Virus record (IMG/VR): IMGVR_UViG_3300018080_000004
Length of the DNA stretch: 64,000 nt
DNA from: a virus
Direction: 5' to 3' (one strand)
The position numbers were made by a program, and so were the translations under genes. Shown here one piece after another: positions 19,101 through 26,008 of this stretch. Every line of letters starts with the position of its first letter. Position 1 is the stretch's first letter. The notes below the pieces were generated by a model. The model did no database searches. It saw only the letters and a program-made list of their open reading frames with translations, and had not been told where the DNA came from.

Positions 19101-20568
19101 CTTCCAGGACTACGTGTCCATGGGCGAGTCGAAGCATCTCGTGGGCGAGCTGGGGGTCGGCGTCGAGGTGGACGGGCGGGAAGTCCCTGCCGGGGTCCGT
19201 GTCCGGATTCTGGACAGTCATCGAGGGAAAGCCCAGGTGGACCTCGGAGGGCGTGTGGCTGAGGTGGACGCGGACAACGTGCTCGTGTACCCCGACGAGG
19301 CCACTGTCGAGGCTTGCCTCGCGGCCCTGGAGCGCGGGGAATCCTTGGGCGAAGTCGCCAAGCGGCGCCTGACCTCCATGTCCAGCGCGGTCCGTCTGAG
19401 CGCCTTGGGAGAGGCAACGGAAGGATCGGCCGGGAGGTTCCTGACCATGTACTTCCCCAGCGTGAACGCCTGCGCGACGGCCAAGTCGTCCATCAAGGCG
19501 CTGGGGAGCAAGATCATGGAGGGCACGGAGCTCTCCTTCCAGGCGGAGCCCTTGAACGGGGAGGCCGCCCGCATCCGGAGCATCGCCGAACGCCTCGGCG
19601 GGGCGGTGGTCCGAACCTCGTGGCCGCTCCGGGTCGTGGCGGAGCAACTCGACATCGACACCGACGGGGCGGACACCGGGGAGGTGAACAACCTCTTCCA
19701 GGGTGCCCTCGCCTCGATCAAGGGGGCCCGCGACATGCTCATTCAGGCTCAGACGGGCGACATGGCCCGTGCGGTGGCCCTGCTCAAGAGCATGGGGGCG
19801 AAGGGGAAGGTCCTCACGGCCATCCAGAAGGTGGCGGACACCATCGAGGACCACGGGAACACCATCAAGGACCTCCTCGTGGACCTGGACAAGGCCCACG
19901 ACGTGTTCTCCAAGGCGTACCCCGACGCGGGGAACGGCAAGGAAGCCGCCCCGGAGAACGGGAATGGCGAGGCTCCGCCCGCCGAGCAGCCTCCGGCCGA
20001 GGCGCCCCCCGCCAACGGCAACGGCGAGGCGCCACCTCCGGCCAACGGCAACGGCAACGGCGAGGCGCCTCCGGCCGCTCCGGCGACCGGGAACGGCGAA
20101 CAGCCGCCCCAGGCCGCGCCCACCGAGGCCATCAATCGCCTCCTGGGGGAGATGCGCCGGTCGAGGCACTGGAACCTCATCCGATACTCGCTCCACGAGG
20201 GCGACTACGGGACCTTCGGGAACTTCGTCCGGGTCGTGAACCCGAACGTGACGGCGGCCCAGGTCGCCGAACTCTACGAAACCATCCAGGAAGTAACCGA
20301 GATGGAGCTGGCCCTGGAGGCCGGGATCGTCCACGGCGCGAAGTTCCTCGCCAAGGGCGACATGGAGATGCCCGGAGAGATCACGGGCCCCACCATCGGG
20401 GGGCAGGAGACGCCCCGAATCCTGGGCGGCCAGACCATCAAGATCAAGGGCCTCTACTACGGCGAGGACGGGAAGCTCCGGGTCAACGTGTTCGAGCCGC
20501 TGGAGATGACCCTCTACGCGGACGACATGATGACCGCCATCGAGAGCGGCCAGCTCGTGGCCGATTAG
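13123..20568 (+). CDS. Giant modular head-associated polyprotein-like protein (2481 aa)
   Basis: GTG after AGGAGG. Modules separated by EGLGEA/ESLGEA/ESLGEV/ESVQEA/EGAVRED linkers. Contains acidic and Pro-rich low-complexity tracts, two CxxC motifs, and a YPMSNAKQARNALARA segment resembling DUF6582. Confidence 0.85.
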   Translation: MPGKAALAFRIYCSLSASPKPVSEFSLLDDKSLLTALAESGAHLEEDLFSALGERARRWVRDAVLHFEPFDLREVDTTGKVDFDEFWSFPTEDKARSFAAGLPGNVEKEVRDNIVGFRGTLEEPIEQKAIAAGGQPSSYLEFHSAINIQATEADLNLPARLCARYNAHDVRTLPAAIPSEHLRPQRENFAKFISLLETVEPYDPADAVVEKFVKVPWESELLDHLLADIPSTGINPSELQERLHSIVNYLPRTLLALPPSAYTSRLGENVALALLEFIHWAFPGVAEMDPDPAGTEVDGGDPSNPSNRAAEPGASVPSREEQDDEDGDEEDDEEEPEQEEQDEEPDDEEDDEEEMGERRLREKVQIEPNYALVYFDHGDQVKLMQAAQADGYVKRGIGDIDGLLDWLHGVHRINYVGSMSPKGLGGLALYLPGDQLRTFRKLLGEIGIQESSTEIIRKDSITEWEPFVPSGPSPKERAIEFGIQNPDSSNMGFHPEHAKNPFHNILTGAGLDYSHSVVVGHGREDYRLHHAYRLNRDFAIGVYPSKSGAWLWEVSSSSRGRGAGKTPQDLAKYLKNALKKFGEGAVREDLYKEFPGTYGASEEKAMTWAREMARKYRKPFYVYTLGRSYFADESPSGQAVLQVKVNPSGTASDYYESVESLKMAPRTGRAQERLSRIRDMVLKEYTPREGEHTPKQRKHGGSNYVYPPTDKDPYGRYPMSNAKQARNALARAGACDKQSPWMKARGVSCAELKKRVNNAVKKEYPSIEVGEGVVFERQDTERVVQQLFQKYNAKDYFGLQGADQRSIDKQLAFLNAVGSEIASGSISDKTRRMLIDRNNKLMRELFYLITRVDIRRVNRNAAETAISSWEATGESVVWEAYPEGDTPISLVFPGGNADTAREWADEWKGLGYIKSYTIGAEGDGVRLDIVSNNPAQVRIAALMLGDYIEPTDPAYGTPSEGVVEDRSSAWNALRSFASETRRMDGEQYADFVYDLGNYYIDGKGPRPDRNVRAKTTYDFDAGWAEEVEKEAIKVLRKNGIAVREGLGEAKEYALWAKPTGEDGPLSQKLLLGGPNVTKQDVKKVMTLAAKEGWHDFRIQVIDLSKPFNASQAFVNAIDMRAVDRIMRGEGVGVSTQDILQSIADGVAEHLGRPVAVEVDAIGGGLCRGYVEPTSALEVFAEALTHLGEAETYRTTKVVALYGKGRDQINLEVGTVLKDMGGGKYKVVSDTFGKGQIGTLSDEGKKGLASESVEVVIDRNESIFRAIGLPLAFGADVQGGKAVEALSAEALGEDSLFAPTKVKPKGEEDNPSNRAAKAGKAVLSKGGSKKAAKDPKTVNRDDSGDKAGGKTPKTVPTDASGGPGTSGEADPAAGYSKATVGVKGSLFTVMGKKKGIPGPKAQGGEASGAVVTPGVDIKSFEALCPHCSNSVKENVLRRYAPRLVEQDPVSGGGQAATSPANDKPGSVEAPPGAASTPPKSEPAKEPEKPTEMEPTKKEPDQEKGGPTQGLVCPFCGKEIPRDVLKGMMGELLAQLAAQLQQGSTKPPETSGQPEGEPEEEEPEEETPAAPAEPPKEAPETPAGETPPAAPQAEKPKESWLREKAPKLLGARLTADDWRKLAPELGNATADRRKRFLNSFVSGDAALDVYTSGGGSSSISLGGKSNAKALNKLFQDRGLDVRVESVQEAGRTDFVSEFAGFQITYYNANEGFDAYDDQELQNAIEARFPGSFKGMVVDTGRYFLVKVPVNQAAKFRQMISQQLLKVQTPAYLSASARSQVYHQGVLRLTEAGLFEVLEQRTAPVGTGEPGGQIVFSTDVNAAGRQGILGKLVNWFKTRINRVMSTSKVGEVLGKAGKEFGYSIGRTFRGRYVDAEGKTYDEKSLSVEILGVPKQFLLKVGEALAKAFEQEAVLVRSYVDQKPLFVYAESLGEARDITVEMNRYGHLEISDGRKSLYVQRDYDVDSVLDSLTKEEQEEVRQGWEVTIKSREPRYSIFQDYVSMGESKHLVGELGVGVEVDGREVPAGVRVRILDSHRGKAQVDLGGRVAEVDADNVLVYPDEATVEACLAALERGESLGEVAKRRLTSMSSAVRLSALGEATEGSAGRFLTMYFPSVNACATAKSSIKALGSKIMEGTELSFQAEPLNGEAARIRSIAERLGGAVVRTSWPLRVVAEQLDIDTDGADTGEVNNLFQGALASIKGARDMLIQAQTGDMARAVALLKSMGAKGKVLTAIQKVADTIEDHGNTIKDLLVDLDKAHDVFSKAYPDAGNGKEAAPENGNGEAPPAEQPPAEAPPANGNGEAPPPANGNGNGEAPPAAPATGNGEQPPQAAPTEAINRLLGEMRRSRHWNLIRYSLHEGDYGTFGNFVRVVNPNVTAAQVAELYETIQEVTEMELALEAGIVHGAKFLAKGDMEMPGEITGPTIGGQETPRILGGQTIKIKGLYYGEDGKLRVNVFEPLEMTLYADDMMTAIESGQLVAD
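18511..18900 (+). other. Putative T3-type SAM lyase (SAMase) module inside the 2481-aa protein
   Basis: RGRYVD...YDEKSLSV...LAKAFEQEAVLV...LFVYAE parallels the T3 gp0.3 pattern as I recall it (GCYRE...EEKTVRV...LACNEWEQDCVLV...LVYAK). Bounded by VLE|Q and YAE|SLGE|A. Confidence 0.65.
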
Positions 20569-20581
20569 GCCGGAGGAAAGC

Positions 20582-20917
20582 ATGATCGACACGAAGGACG
20601 GCAAGTACAACGCCCCGGCCGTGGCGGCCCGCGTGGTGGAGTTCCGGAACGACGGCGACGAGAACCCCACGGTGATCGTCGAGAACCTCGACGACACGAA
20701 CTCCATCGCCCTCAAGTATCAGGAGAGCGACGACGGGAACACCTGGACGGACATCATGGGCACGAACGCCACGGTCAATCCCCTCACGGGGAACTCCCAG
20801 GCGGTCGTGTCCTCGAAGTCGCGCATCGCGCTCCACGCGGGGGGCGACGCCGACTGTACCGTCAAAGTCATCCGGCAGATGAACGGGAACCCCACGAACT
20901 TGGGGCCCATCTGCTAA
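20582..20917 (+). CDS. Small beta-rich virion protein (hypothetical)
   Basis: GGAGG SD, 111 aa, LKYQESDDGNTWTDI motif, located in the head module. Confidence 0.7.
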   Translation: MIDTKDGKYNAPAVAARVVEFRNDGDENPTVIVENLDDTNSIALKYQESDDGNTWTDIMGTNATVNPLTGNSQAVVSSKSRIALHAGGDADCTVKVIRQMNGNPTNLGPIC

Positions 20918-20966
20918 ACCGTGTGAACGCGGCACTTCGCCGCCGGACTTTTTGCAGGAGGTCAAG

Positions 20967-21680
20967 ATGGGTTTCAACATCGGGTACGCGGAGCACGCCG
21001 CAAAGCGGGACGAGATCAAGGTCGGCGTTCCGGGCGGGGGCGCTCCCTCGCAGCCGCAGGCCATCGTCGAGTGTCCGGTGGCCCGTGTGGGCGGTTTCCG
21101 CCTCACGAACCAGGGAGACACGGACTTCGACTACCAGCTCTGCCTCCGGGGCAAGACGCGGAGCGTCGCGGCCGAGGTCCTTTCTGTCGCGGTGGGCATC
21201 GCCAGCCTGCGCGGAGAGTTCGCCAACAAGCAGCTCGTCCCCGGAACCGTGGTGATCGTCGAAGCGGCGGCAGCGCCGGAGACCTTCACCGACAACGGCG
21301 ACGGCACCCTCACGGGCGACAAGGGCGGCAGCGGCACGGTGGACTACGCCAACGGCACCTTCGACGTGACGTTCGCGGCCGTCTCGACCGGCAACACCAC
21401 GGCCGACTACGACACCGTGGGCTGGGAAAGGTACGCGGCGCTGGCAGCCGCCACCCTCGCGGGCGGCGGGGGCGGCCGGTACATCGAGCTGGAGCCCGGC
21501 CAGGGCGACAACTGGGCCGACGCCATCAAGGGCCACACCCACGTGGGGATCGAGGCGTACTGCGCCCTGAGCGGCGAGGACAGCCTCATGGACGTGGAGG
21601 CGACCCACTTCGGCGACGACTCCGAGTTCAAGCTCGTGCAGCCCATCGAGCTCGGCGGCAACCTCAACACGACCTACTAA
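20967..21680 (+). CDS. Virion structural protein carrying the DxGxG...DYxxG insertion domain
   Basis: AGGAGG SD before ATG 20967. LVPGTVVI...FTDNGDGTLTGDKGGSGTVDYANGTFDVTF. Confidence 0.75.
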   Translation: MGFNIGYAEHAAKRDEIKVGVPGGGAPSQPQAIVECPVARVGGFRLTNQGDTDFDYQLCLRGKTRSVAAEVLSVAVGIASLRGEFANKQLVPGTVVIVEAAAAPETFTDNGDGTLTGDKGGSGTVDYANGTFDVTFAAVSTGNTTADYDTVGWERYAALAAATLAGGGGGRYIELEPGQGDNWADAIKGHTHVGIEAYCALSGEDSLMDVEATHFGDDSEFKLVQPIELGGNLNTTY

Positions 21681-21767
21681 GGGTCGTGCGGGCGCTTCGA
21701 GAACCGATGAGGGTCGGCCCACGGTCCGCCGTGGGGCGCTCCTGTACTCTTTCAACGGAGGGATCAG

Positions 21768-22592
21768 ATGGATAGCAGGACCGAATACAGGGCCCGGCTT
21801 ACCCTGCCGTCGCCCTATCTCCTGTTCTGCCCTCCGGCCAACGCGAAGGTCTCGGCGGCCATCCACAATCCGGCCGAACAGGTCCCGACACCCAGAACCC
21901 CGTGGCCTACCGGCCTCTGGGCGCTGGACTACGGCCTCCGGCCGACCTTCTCCGTCCAGGGCGTACAGCAACGGCAGGGGAACGCCATCGTCCTGGACGC
22001 GCAGGGGACCCCCGTTCCGGGCCCTCCTGCGGCCCGCGAGAGCGAGTACGCCTACCCCTACGCTTGGAGCCCCTTCGTGGGTCCCGTGCAGGGGAGCACC
22101 GTTCCGAGGGGGAAGGAAGAGGCGTCCGCCGTCATGGTGCCCGCCAACGTGGGGGTGGACCCTCACGACTTGCGGGTGCTCCGTTTCCGCTGGCGCGGAA
22201 CGGTGGCCGCAGCGGTGCCGGTGGGCGACGGCGACGGATCGCCGGGGCCTTTCAACCTCGACTTCGCGGACCACGGCGGTGTGGGGCCTCCCCCTCCGCA
22301 GCCTCCGCCCATCGTGCCGGGCACGGTCAAGATTTCGGCACCGGGCGGCCTCGTGGTCCAGGACTGGCCGTGGCCCAGGGGCGACTGGCAAGCGGAGTGC
22401 CGATACGGCCGCCTCATCGGAGACGTGGACCCGACGGTGGACTCGTGGATCGACTACACGACGGGTCAAGCCGTGGTCACGTTCAACGCGAACGTCCCGG
22501 CGGCGGCGAACAACATCACGGCCGACTTCGAGCACGAGTGGGTCATGGTGCCCCTGGACATCTTCGTCTCCTGGGACGCGGATTCCATCTGA
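21768..22592 (+). CDS. Virion structural protein carrying the DYxTG insertion domain
   Basis: GGAGG SD. IVPGTVKIS...LIGDVDPTVDSWIDYTTGQAVVTF. Confidence 0.7.
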   Translation: MDSRTEYRARLTLPSPYLLFCPPANAKVSAAIHNPAEQVPTPRTPWPTGLWALDYGLRPTFSVQGVQQRQGNAIVLDAQGTPVPGPPAARESEYAYPYAWSPFVGPVQGSTVPRGKEEASAVMVPANVGVDPHDLRVLRFRWRGTVAAAVPVGDGDGSPGPFNLDFADHGGVGPPPPQPPPIVPGTVKISAPGGLVVQDWPWPRGDWQAECRYGRLIGDVDPTVDSWIDYTTGQAVVTFNANVPAAANNITADFEHEWVMVPLDIFVSWDADSI

Positions 22593-22601
22593 GAGTAGGC
22601 T

Positions 22602-23048
22602 ATGCCTGTACCGGCCCTGAAAAGTCTGGCGAGCAAATCTGGGAAGCCCTTGGCCCAGGTCGAGGAGCTCTGGGCCAAGGCCAAGGCACGGGCGGCAGAG
22701 GAAGGGCACAAGGAAGACTACGCCTACATCATGGGCGTCTTGAAGAAGATGCTCGGACTGGGGGAACGCTACTCGCCGGAGGACGCTATCCTGACCTCGG
22801 CTTTGCTGGGGCAGGAGGTCGCCCAGAAGCTTCTCATGGAAACCATGCCTGCGGGCATCCGCCAATCGCTTTTTCAGAAGTACGTGAACATGGAGCTCCA
22901 GTGGAGGCGGAGGCTTTCGGGCCGTGAGATGAACTGGAACTTCTTCCTGCGGTCTCTCCGAGAGGCCGTTATGATCCTTCTCAACTGGGCGTCCGGTGGG
23001 GAGGTCAAGGAAAGTTCCGGTTCGGAGGACATGCGTGGGGTCATCTAA
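22602..23048 (+). CDS. Head-module hypothetical protein
   Basis: MP...A.KSGK...VEELW.KAK.....DYAYIMGVLKKMLG, a helical module I recall from large-phage head clusters. Followed by an LGE site. Confidence 0.7.
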   Translation: MPVPALKSLASKSGKPLAQVEELWAKAKARAAEEGHKEDYAYIMGVLKKMLGLGERYSPEDAILTSALLGQEVAQKLLMETMPAGIRQSLFQKYVNMELQWRRRLSGREMNWNFFLRSLREAVMILLNWASGGEVKESSGSEDMRGVI

Positions 23049-23434
23049 TGGCCGATCTCAAGCTGCCAGACATCCGGCAGGAAAAGGTGGTGGGTCTCCA
23101 CTACGAGCCGGGCCGTGGGCGCGAGATCGTGGTCATTCAGCTACCCTCGGAGGAGGGATCGAGCACGTACCGGATCAATCTCCGCGAGCCGGAGCACTAC
23201 CGGTATCTTGCCGACCTTCCGAATGGGCGAAGGATCATAGACATTCTCCGGATAGAGGGACACCTTGCGGTGGTCCCCGCCACCGGTGAATACTTGAAAC
23301 TGGAGGATCAAGATGCCGCTGCTTCTTCAGGACTCAATGCCGCTGTCGTTCAAGCTCTTGGAGCGTTCCGAAGCGGCAGATGGCCGCGTCCACGTCCGTG
23401 GGAGGTTCCAGCACTGCGACCTCAAAAACCGTAA
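23048..23434 (+). CDS. Hypothetical protein overlapping the protease start
   Basis: TAATG coupling to the upstream gene. The last 122 nt overlap the protease gene in another frame. Confidence 0.6.
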   Translation: MADLKLPDIRQEKVVGLHYEPGRGREIVVIQLPSEEGSSTYRINLREPEHYRYLADLPNGRRIIDILRIEGHLAVVPATGEYLKLEDQDAAASSGLNAAVVQALGAFRSGRWPRPRPWEVPALRPQKP

Positions 23435-25964
23435 CGGTCGCATCTACCCCCGTTCCGTGTGGGAGCGGCACCTTCGGTCGGACGCCGACTTCATGAAGTC
23501 CATCCGGGATGGCCGCGTGTTCGGCCACCTGGAGCACCCCGACGACGGCCGGTCCAACCTGAACCTTGCCGCCATCAAGATCGAGGGTCTGGAGATCAAG
23601 CCGAACGGCGAGATCATCGGCGAGCTGTCCACGCTCTCGACCCAGGCGGGGAAGACGGCGGCGGCGCTCTTCAACGATGGCCTCAAGATCGGCATCTCCT
23701 CCAGGGGGCACGGTTCCGTCCAGAAGAACGGGGAAGGGATCGACGAGGTGCAGGAGGACTTCGTGCCGGAGGCGTTCGACCTCGTGGCCGAACCTTCGAC
23801 ACCGGGGGCCGACCTCGTGAAGGAAGCCCTGGACAAGTACGTCAAGGCGGAGGCTCTGACAGAGGGGAAAATCCCGGAGGACGTACAGCGGCGCGTCCGT
23901 CGGGAGAACGACCTCGCCATGCTGACCTCCAGGCTGGAGACCATGGAGCGCCTCGTGAAGGCGAAAGCGACGACCTCGGAGATGGTCCACGAAGCTTCGG
24001 ACCTCCTGTTCGACCTCCACAGGAAGTTCAAGAAGACCCTCCGGGCCGACGAGTTCGTGAATCTCGAAGAGCGCATCGTCTCCGTGAAGGAGTTCTCGCG
24101 GGCCTCCATGCCGGAGGACGACGACATGAGCGTCGGCAGCGGCATGTTCCAGGGTGAAGAAGACGACGACCTCGACATGGGCTACGACGAGCCCGAAGAC
24201 GAGGAGGGGTGCGCGACGCCCGGCCAGCGCATCCGCTCCGGCGGGCGCGGGCGCGGGATGGCTCGCGGCGGGGGACGCGGCCCCATGGGGCGCCCCTACG
24301 GCGAGCAGGACGACGAGCCCGACAACGGAGACGACGACGAGGAGATGCCCGGCGAGGAGGAGTGCGGCCCCATGTACCCGGAGATGCGCGGCCGAGTCCG
24401 TTCGCGGGGCGAGCAGGACGACGACGGCTGGACCGACGAGGAGGAGGACGATTTCGACTACGGCATGGACGCCGACGAGTACGAGAGCGTCGTGCGGCGC
24501 CGCTGGCGGAGATACGTGAAGGAGCGCCGCCGGATGGCTCGCCGCATTGCCCTTCGGGAGGTGGCCGATACGGCCGCCGCCGACGAGCTCGTCCTCTTCA
24601 TCGAGAACGACGGCCAGCTCTACCGGCAGCAACACCAGCCCATCCAGAAGAACCTCATCACCAAGTGGGCGAAGGGCGTCTACGACTCCCGGCTCGCCGT
24701 CAAGCTCTTCGGCTACCTCGTGGACAACGGCGCCAAGAAGTACGCCAAGGAGATCGGCGACGGCCAGCCCTGGAATCAGATGTTCGACCGGGACACCCGC
24801 ATCCGGGCGGCCGAGCTGCTCCGGGATTCCTTCGAGGTCTCGGCCAAGGAAGGCGAGTTCGCGGACTACCTGCCCAAGAAGTACGCGGGCTTCGTCCCGG
24901 AGGGGCGTCGCCGTAGGCGCGTACGGGAGCGAGTGCGTTACTCTTCCAACGATGTAGAGACGTACTTTGGGGCGGAAGACCCGGCGCAACTGCTGGATGG
25001 TCGTCCGGTCAAGGTGATCGCCAAAGAATACTGCGATCAGTTTCCGCGTATGTTTGGAGAACCCGCAACGCGACGGGACCGGGAAATAGTATTGTCCATC
25101 TTGCAGGACGCGCAAGATGCGATGGGGGAGCGCCGGGTACGTGAGCAGGCCACGGCCGACCTCTCCCACGAGATCGAGGTCAGCATCGACCTCTCCGACC
25201 TGACCCCGGAGCAGCGCGAGAAGTTCGACGTGTTCCGGACAGGCGAGCCCCTGGAGACCATGGCGACCGTCATCAAGGCCGCGCTCCCGGAGACCCTCGG
25301 CATCGAGGACTGCCACGGCGAGTGGGAGGGGGACAAGATCGTCATCGAGATCGAGTTCACCGGCAATCCCAAGCAGGTGGCGAGCGCCGTCTCCGACGTG
25401 ATGGGGCAGCGGGTCAAGCTGGAATCCAAGATGCGGCCCACGGGCGCGGCTCCTGCCGGATTCCATCCCGACGCGGCCGGGCTCATTCAGGGACTCCGGG
25501 ACAGGTGCCGGGCGCTCATGAGCGAGAACGCCAAGATGGAGACGGAGAACCGGCGCCTCCGGGAACTCGGCGACGCCATGGCCGAGGTGCACCGCCGCGA
25601 GCGGCTCCAGCGGCGCCAGGAGGAGATCATCCGGGACTACCCGGCCCTCCAGGCCGCCCTCGTCGAGCTGAACAAGGCCCGGACCGTGGAAGAACTGGAA
25701 GAGAAAGCCGGGGTCTTCCTGGGCATCCAGGGCGTTACCGTGAACTTCCGGCGTCCCGTGAAGGACTCCGGCAACGGCAAGAAACCCAAGAAAACCGAAA
25801 GCGCACCGAGTCAGGGGAGCACCAGAGTGCAGGAAGGCGTCCCTCGTCCGGGAGAGCTGGGCGGGGGCACGACCGTCACCGACGGGAACGCACGCACCAA
25901 GGGGCCCGTAGAGGAGAGCGAGACGACATTCAGTCGCCTCGGCCGCCACTACCGCACCCGCTGA
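23313..25964 (+). CDS. Prohead maturation protease (T4 gp21-like) fused to cargo modules and a scaffold-like coiled coil
   Basis: KNRNGRIYP, FGHLEHP (His), GISSRGHG (Ser), FDLVAEPST (Asp). GGAGGA SD. About 650 aa C-terminal extension. Confidence 0.93.
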   Translation: MPLLLQDSMPLSFKLLERSEAADGRVHVRGRFQHCDLKNRNGRIYPRSVWERHLRSDADFMKSIRDGRVFGHLEHPDDGRSNLNLAAIKIEGLEIKPNGEIIGELSTLSTQAGKTAAALFNDGLKIGISSRGHGSVQKNGEGIDEVQEDFVPEAFDLVAEPSTPGADLVKEALDKYVKAEALTEGKIPEDVQRRVRRENDLAMLTSRLETMERLVKAKATTSEMVHEASDLLFDLHRKFKKTLRADEFVNLEERIVSVKEFSRASMPEDDDMSVGSGMFQGEEDDDLDMGYDEPEDEEGCATPGQRIRSGGRGRGMARGGGRGPMGRPYGEQDDEPDNGDDDEEMPGEEECGPMYPEMRGRVRSRGEQDDDGWTDEEEDDFDYGMDADEYESVVRRRWRRYVKERRRMARRIALREVADTAAADELVLFIENDGQLYRQQHQPIQKNLITKWAKGVYDSRLAVKLFGYLVDNGAKKYAKEIGDGQPWNQMFDRDTRIRAAELLRDSFEVSAKEGEFADYLPKKYAGFVPEGRRRRRVRERVRYSSNDVETYFGAEDPAQLLDGRPVKVIAKEYCDQFPRMFGEPATRRDREIVLSILQDAQDAMGERRVREQATADLSHEIEVSIDLSDLTPEQREKFDVFRTGEPLETMATVIKAALPETLGIEDCHGEWEGDKIVIEIEFTGNPKQVASAVSDVMGQRVKLESKMRPTGAAPAGFHPDAAGLIQGLRDRCRALMSENAKMETENRRLRELGDAMAEVHRRERLQRRQEEIIRDYPALQAALVELNKARTVEELEEKAGVFLGIQGVTVNFRRPVKDSGNGKKPKKTESAPSQGSTRVQEGVPRPGELGGGTTVTDGNARTKGPVEESETTFSRLGRHYRTR

Positions 25965-26008
25965 CAGCGCAGTCCGTTCGTGACCACCTTTGACAAGGAG
26001 AACCAATC

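Noticed and set aside
14080-20120. Acidic, Pro-rich and PANGNG low-complexity tracts as DNA mimics
   Set aside because: Such tracts are common disordered spacers in internal head and scaffold proteins, and there is no helical periodicity supporting mimicry.
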